Shown here piece by piece: positions 60,445 to 64,000 of a stretch of 64,000 nucleotides of DNA (position 1 is its first letter; each line of letters begins with the position of its first letter). The stretch comes from Promethearchaeia archaeon (GTDB lineage: Archaea > Asgardarchaeota > Lokiarchaeia > Sigyniarchaeales > SOKP01). The notes under the pieces were generated by a model. That model worked only from the letters and a program-made list of their open reading frames with translations, ran no database searches and had not been told where the DNA came from. The DNA is taken from contig JAHQWJ010000138.1 in assembly GCA_029856125.1 (NCBI GenBank), forward strand, positions 20,521-84,520, read 5' to 3'. Position numbers and translations under genes: made by a program.

Positions 60445-61254
60445 TTTCTGTTTGGTCGAAAATTTTATTTCCTGTAGCAGGAAGAATTTATTCATTCTCT
60501 CTTTTGATTTGGCATCAATTGTAAATTGAGTTTTTTTTCCGTAGTTAATATCCCATAAAATTAATCCTAATGGATCAGCAGGTTGATAGGAGTAAGTTCT
60601 GGAGGGATTAAATAAATCTAAAAACTCTTCAAATGTAATTATTTCTAAACCAAGTTCAAAGATTTTAGCAACCATTCTTCTAATTTGTTGCCTTAAAAAA
60701 GCCCGACTCTTGAAATCGAAAATTAGGAAATCACCGTCTAATCTCAAGGATGCTAATATAATATCTCTAATAGTTTTTTCTTTATCTTTCTCTGGTTTGA
60801 AAAAGTTTTTAAAATCGTGTCTTCCCTCAAATGTTTTACACGCTTTGATCATTTCGTTTAGGTTATTTGAGCCTATTTTTCTACGAAAGTTAATTGAATA
60901 GGGCACTATATACTTGTAATGTCGATACAATGCATTGTATCTTGAAAAAAAATCTTTTGGTACCTCGGAATACCCCCAGATTCCAATATTTTTTGGGAGT
61001 GCTGTATTGATCTCCATTAAAATAGGTTTTTTTTCAGTTTCAAAAGAAAAAGTAGATCCGCGGGCTGAAACGTATTTATCAGTTCTGCTTGCTACTTCGA
61101 AACCCGATGACTTATCATCTTTTATATATTTTCGCTCCTTTAAGGCGCTCAATAGACATTCTTCAACAGTTAGATAATCAGGTTGGCGTTGAGAACCATG
61201 GTATTTTTTCGACCCAATGTAATAGAATTTAAAGATATACCTCGTTTTTTCCAT
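60397..61254 (-). CDS. truA: tRNA pseudouridine(38-40) synthase
   Basis: YHGSQRQPD, ASRTDKYVSA, GRHDFKNF, FLRQQIRRMV. Confidence 0.93.
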   Translation of the reverse strand: MEKTRYIFKFYYIGSKKYHGSQRQPDYLTVEECLLSALKERKYIKDDKSSGFEVASRTDKYVSARGSTFSFETEKKPILMEINTALPKNIGIWGYSEVPKDFFSRYNALYRHYKYIVPYSINFRRKIGSNNLNEMIKACKTFEGRHDFKNFFKPEKDKEKTIRDIILASLRLDGDFLIFDFKSRAFLRQQIRRMVAKIFELGLEIITFEEFLDLFNPSRTYSYQPADPLGLILWDINYGKKTQFTIDAKSKERMNKFFLLQEIKFSTKQKLFSIMQRNNISEKGL

Positions 61255-61442
61255 TCCTATTAATTACAGCATTAAAATTTTAATAATTTTATGTTTGAAA
61301 TAGGATTTTTATAATAAGTGAATTTTGTTTGTGTTATAATATTAAGATTAATTGAATTGTTAAAAAACAATCTTTTAATGTTTTAAAATCTTTTAAATTT
61401 CATAACGATTATACCGTCAAACAATAATATAGAAGAAAAAAT

Positions 61443-64000
61443 ATGTCCTTTATTTACTCATCTTTAAAAAATTTCAGAGATCGCGCAAGAGCAACAATAA
61501 CAGTAAAAACGTTTAACATCGTGTTTTTCTTTGCTCTCTTTTTAGTTGTGTTTTTAGCCATCTTCATAAGACTTTCACCAATTATATCTGGTAATTACCT
61601 TATTAAAGCATTTGACCCATGGATTCAATATTACAACGCAGAATATTTATCAACGCATTCTGTATTTGAATACTTTAATTGGCACGACATAAAAAGTTGG
61701 TTTCCTGAAGGAATTACTCGTGGAAATCTCAGACCTGGACTGACTTTCACTGTAGTAGCAATTTATCAAGCTATTAATTTTATAGGGATTCCAATATCAT
61801 TATATGATATATGCTACTTTTTTCCAGCGATTATGGGGGGAGCATCTGTGTATGCTATTTATCTGGTAGGGAAAGAAGCGCTCGATCGAAGATGCGGATT
61901 ACTTGCTGCATTCTTTTTGGCTTTTAACCCTGGTTTCATGCAACGAACTACGGCAGGATTTTTCGATAATGAAACTATCGGTGTTTTTGCTGCTTTAATG
62001 GCTTTTTATTTCTTTATTAAAACAGTAAGAACAGGGAAATTATATCACTCGATTTTAGGTGGACTCTTTTCTGGTTATTTAGCTTTAAGTTGGGGTGGAT
62101 TTAACTTCGTTTTTTTAATTCTTCCTATTGTGGTTTTCATTATGATTTTACTAAAGAAATACGATTCTAATCTTTTAATCGCCTATGCGGGAATCGAAGG
62201 AGTTGGATTACTTGTCTATGCTTTGAGTTCTAAGTTCCCATATAGTTCTTTCTTTACTAGTGTGGAGCTTGGAGCAATTTTTTATTTTACTATTTTTCTA
62301 AGCATATTTCATATTTTATATACAAATAGGAACAAGCTTTCTCGTCTATATAATGGTTTAATAAATACCATAAAGTGGGGATTGATACCCGTAATCGCCA
62401 TCTTAGGCGTAATTATATGGGTTGCTCCAGATTTAATTCCTTTTGGGTTCGGTGGACGATTAGTAAGTGTATTAAGTCCTTTAATTAGAGAATCTTTGAG
62501 TGTTACAGCTTCCGTGGCTGAACATATGCCAAGTTCTTGGAGTGTGTTTTACTATAATACTTTGATTCCTCTGACTCTTTTACCTCTTGGATTATTTTTC
62601 TTATTTAAACGAGCTAATGCCGCTGATATCCTATTACTCGCTTTCTTACTTTTAATTTTTTATTTTACTGGCAGCATGATTCGAATAATATTATTATTTG
62701 CGCCAGCAGCATGCTTAGTGGGTGCGTATGGATTAGTTAATGTTTTAAAAATTTTTGGCAGTTTTTATGGAGAAAAAAGAACAGGTGTTAGTAGAAAACG
62801 AAAGCGCCAAGTCAAACGGATGGTTGGAAAATCTGAAATTGGTGCTGTTTATTTCATTGTTGGGATTATGTGTATGGCTCAAGTTATGCACGCTTCTAAC
62901 ATTGCTTTAACTCAACTATCGCAAAGTCAATTGGCACCAGGAGGACAAATACACGATTGGGAAGAAACTCTAACATGGATGAAAACAAATCTGCCTGGTA
63001 CATCCGTTGTAGTCTCGTGGTGGGATTATGGTTATTGGATAACCCCCATAGGAAACATGACTTCGGTTAACGATAATGGAACTATCAATCAAACTCGAAT
63101 GGGTCTGACAGGAATGGCGATGATGCAAACAAACGAGATTTATAGTGCAAAAGTGTTTAGAGCATTACAAGCAGACTATGTCTTAGTCTATTTTGGAATG
63201 CTGTATCCTAACTTAGGAGGTGACGAAGGTAAATGGCCTTGGATGGTAAGGATCTGCAACGATAACTACCAAAGCTATAAGAATTTTGGCATGGAAGAGG
63301 ATAATTGGGCTCCGAATTCTGTATTTGTAGAAGAAGAATATTTTAACTCAACTACGGGAAGACCCACTCCAAAATGGTTCCAAAGTCAGTTAGTTAAATT
63401 AATGCTCTATGGAAATCCAACAGCTCCTCCACCAAATCCTAATAACCTACAAACATTTACTGAATACTACCAAAATCAAGTTAATACATTAACAGACGAC
63501 CAAGGAAACCCGTATACCACACATATACCCCCTGATGGATTATATGAATTCAATGTTTTTAAGTACGCATATATCTCGACAAATGGAATGGTAAAATTGT
63601 TTAAACTTGATTATACTGCTTTAGAATCTAGTTTTCAAATACAAAATCCAGAAGTATTCGATACTGGTTATGCTACTTTCAAATTGAAAAACACAGGTTC
63701 GAAAGATTTAACGATTAGCGATATTAAGATAAACGGTGAGAGTTACGATTTTAACCTGGGTAAAGGCATCGAGACAAATAAATTAAACTCTAACGAAGAA
63801 GATTTAGTTTGGGTAGACATTAAATCTAGTGGAAAATCTTTTGAAATAAATGATGTGGTAAACATTGAAGTAGAGGCTCAATCAGTTGCGGTTGATTCTT
63901 CACCTTTCACTTTCACGAACGATACAAGCAATCTGTTTGTAAAAGAAGCTAAGGAAGGAGATATTAGGATAAATAAAATCAGTAGTAATGTCGTTCAAAT
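61443..64000 (+). CDS. aglB: Oligosaccharyltransferase STT3/AglB (runs off window end; absent from ORF track)
   Basis: ATG 61443; AFDPW, GFFDNE, SWGG, SVAEHMP, SWWDYGYW (about 63015), GGDEGKWPWMVRI; Ig-like C-terminal extension LKNTGSKDLTISDIKING. Confidence 0.93.
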   Translation, partial: MSFIYSSLKNFRDRARATITVKTFNIVFFFALFLVVFLAIFIRLSPIISGNYLIKAFDPWIQYYNAEYLSTHSVFEYFNWHDIKSWFPEGITRGNLRPGLTFTVVAIYQAINFIGIPISLYDICYFFPAIMGGASVYAIYLVGKEALDRRCGLLAAFFLAFNPGFMQRTTAGFFDNETIGVFAALMAFYFFIKTVRTGKLYHSILGGLFSGYLALSWGGFNFVFLILPIVVFIMILLKKYDSNLLIAYAGIEGVGLLVYALSSKFPYSSFFTSVELGAIFYFTIFLSIFHILYTNRNKLSRLYNGLINTIKWGLIPVIAILGVIIWVAPDLIPFGFGGRLVSVLSPLIRESLSVTASVAEHMPSSWSVFYYNTLIPLTLLPLGLFFLFKRANAADILLLAFLLLIFYFTGSMIRIILLFAPAACLVGAYGLVNVLKIFGSFYGEKRTGVSRKRKRQVKRMVGKSEIGAVYFIVGIMCMAQVMHASNIALTQLSQSQLAPGGQIHDWEETLTWMKTNLPGTSVVVSWWDYGYWITPIGNMTSVNDNGTINQTRMGLTGMAMMQTNEIYSAKVFRALQADYVLVYFGMLYPNLGGDEGKWPWMVRICNDNYQSYKNFGMEEDNWAPNSVFVEEEYFNSTTGRPTPKWFQSQLVKLMLYGNPTAPPPNPNNLQTFTEYYQNQVNTLTDDQGNPYTTHIPPDGLYEFNVFKYAYISTNGMVKLFKLDYTALESSFQIQNPEVFDTGYATFKLKNTGSKDLTISDIKINGESYDFNLGKGIETNKLNSNEEDLVWVDIKSSGKSFEINDVVNIEVEAQSVAVDSSPFTFTNDTSNLFVKEAKEGDIRINKISSNVVQ

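Overview
AT-rich (roughly 30% GC) archaeal chromosome segment, almost certainly Asgard (Lokiarchaeia/Promethearchaeota-like). It combines archaeal information-processing genes (rpoA1/rpoA2-rpl30e-nusA-rps12-rps7, pus10-rpl21e-rpoF-DUF655-rsmA, rpl44e-rps27e, tfs, PCNA-priL-priS-GINS15, aIF2alpha-nop10, EF-1alpha, csl4-rpoL, rfcS, truA, STT3/aglB) with eukaryotic signature proteins (ESCRT-III Snf7-like, a steadiness-box protein, a roadblock protein, two Rab-like and one Arf-like GTPase) and carbohydrate/metabolic genes. I saw no rRNA, tRNA, CRISPR array or intact mobile element. Top finding: of two tandem histone paralogs, the second is interrupted by a 29-nt insert (28422-28450, minus strand). 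Its ends fold into a bulge-helix-bulge (BHB) motif whose canonical endonuclease cut sites coincide exactly with the insert boundaries. This is a candidate tRNA-type intron in an Asgard histone mRNA. Other notable signals: several genes appear to start at ATA (one at ACG) behind Shine-Dalgarno-like motifs; a Zn-finger/PH-like/proline-rich/steadiness-box protein lies tail-to-tail with Snf7; an HTH-ATP-cone-degenerate NrdD fusion; and invariant RNA-structure-like blocks in both histone transcripts. All family assignments come from motif recognition by eye, not database searches.
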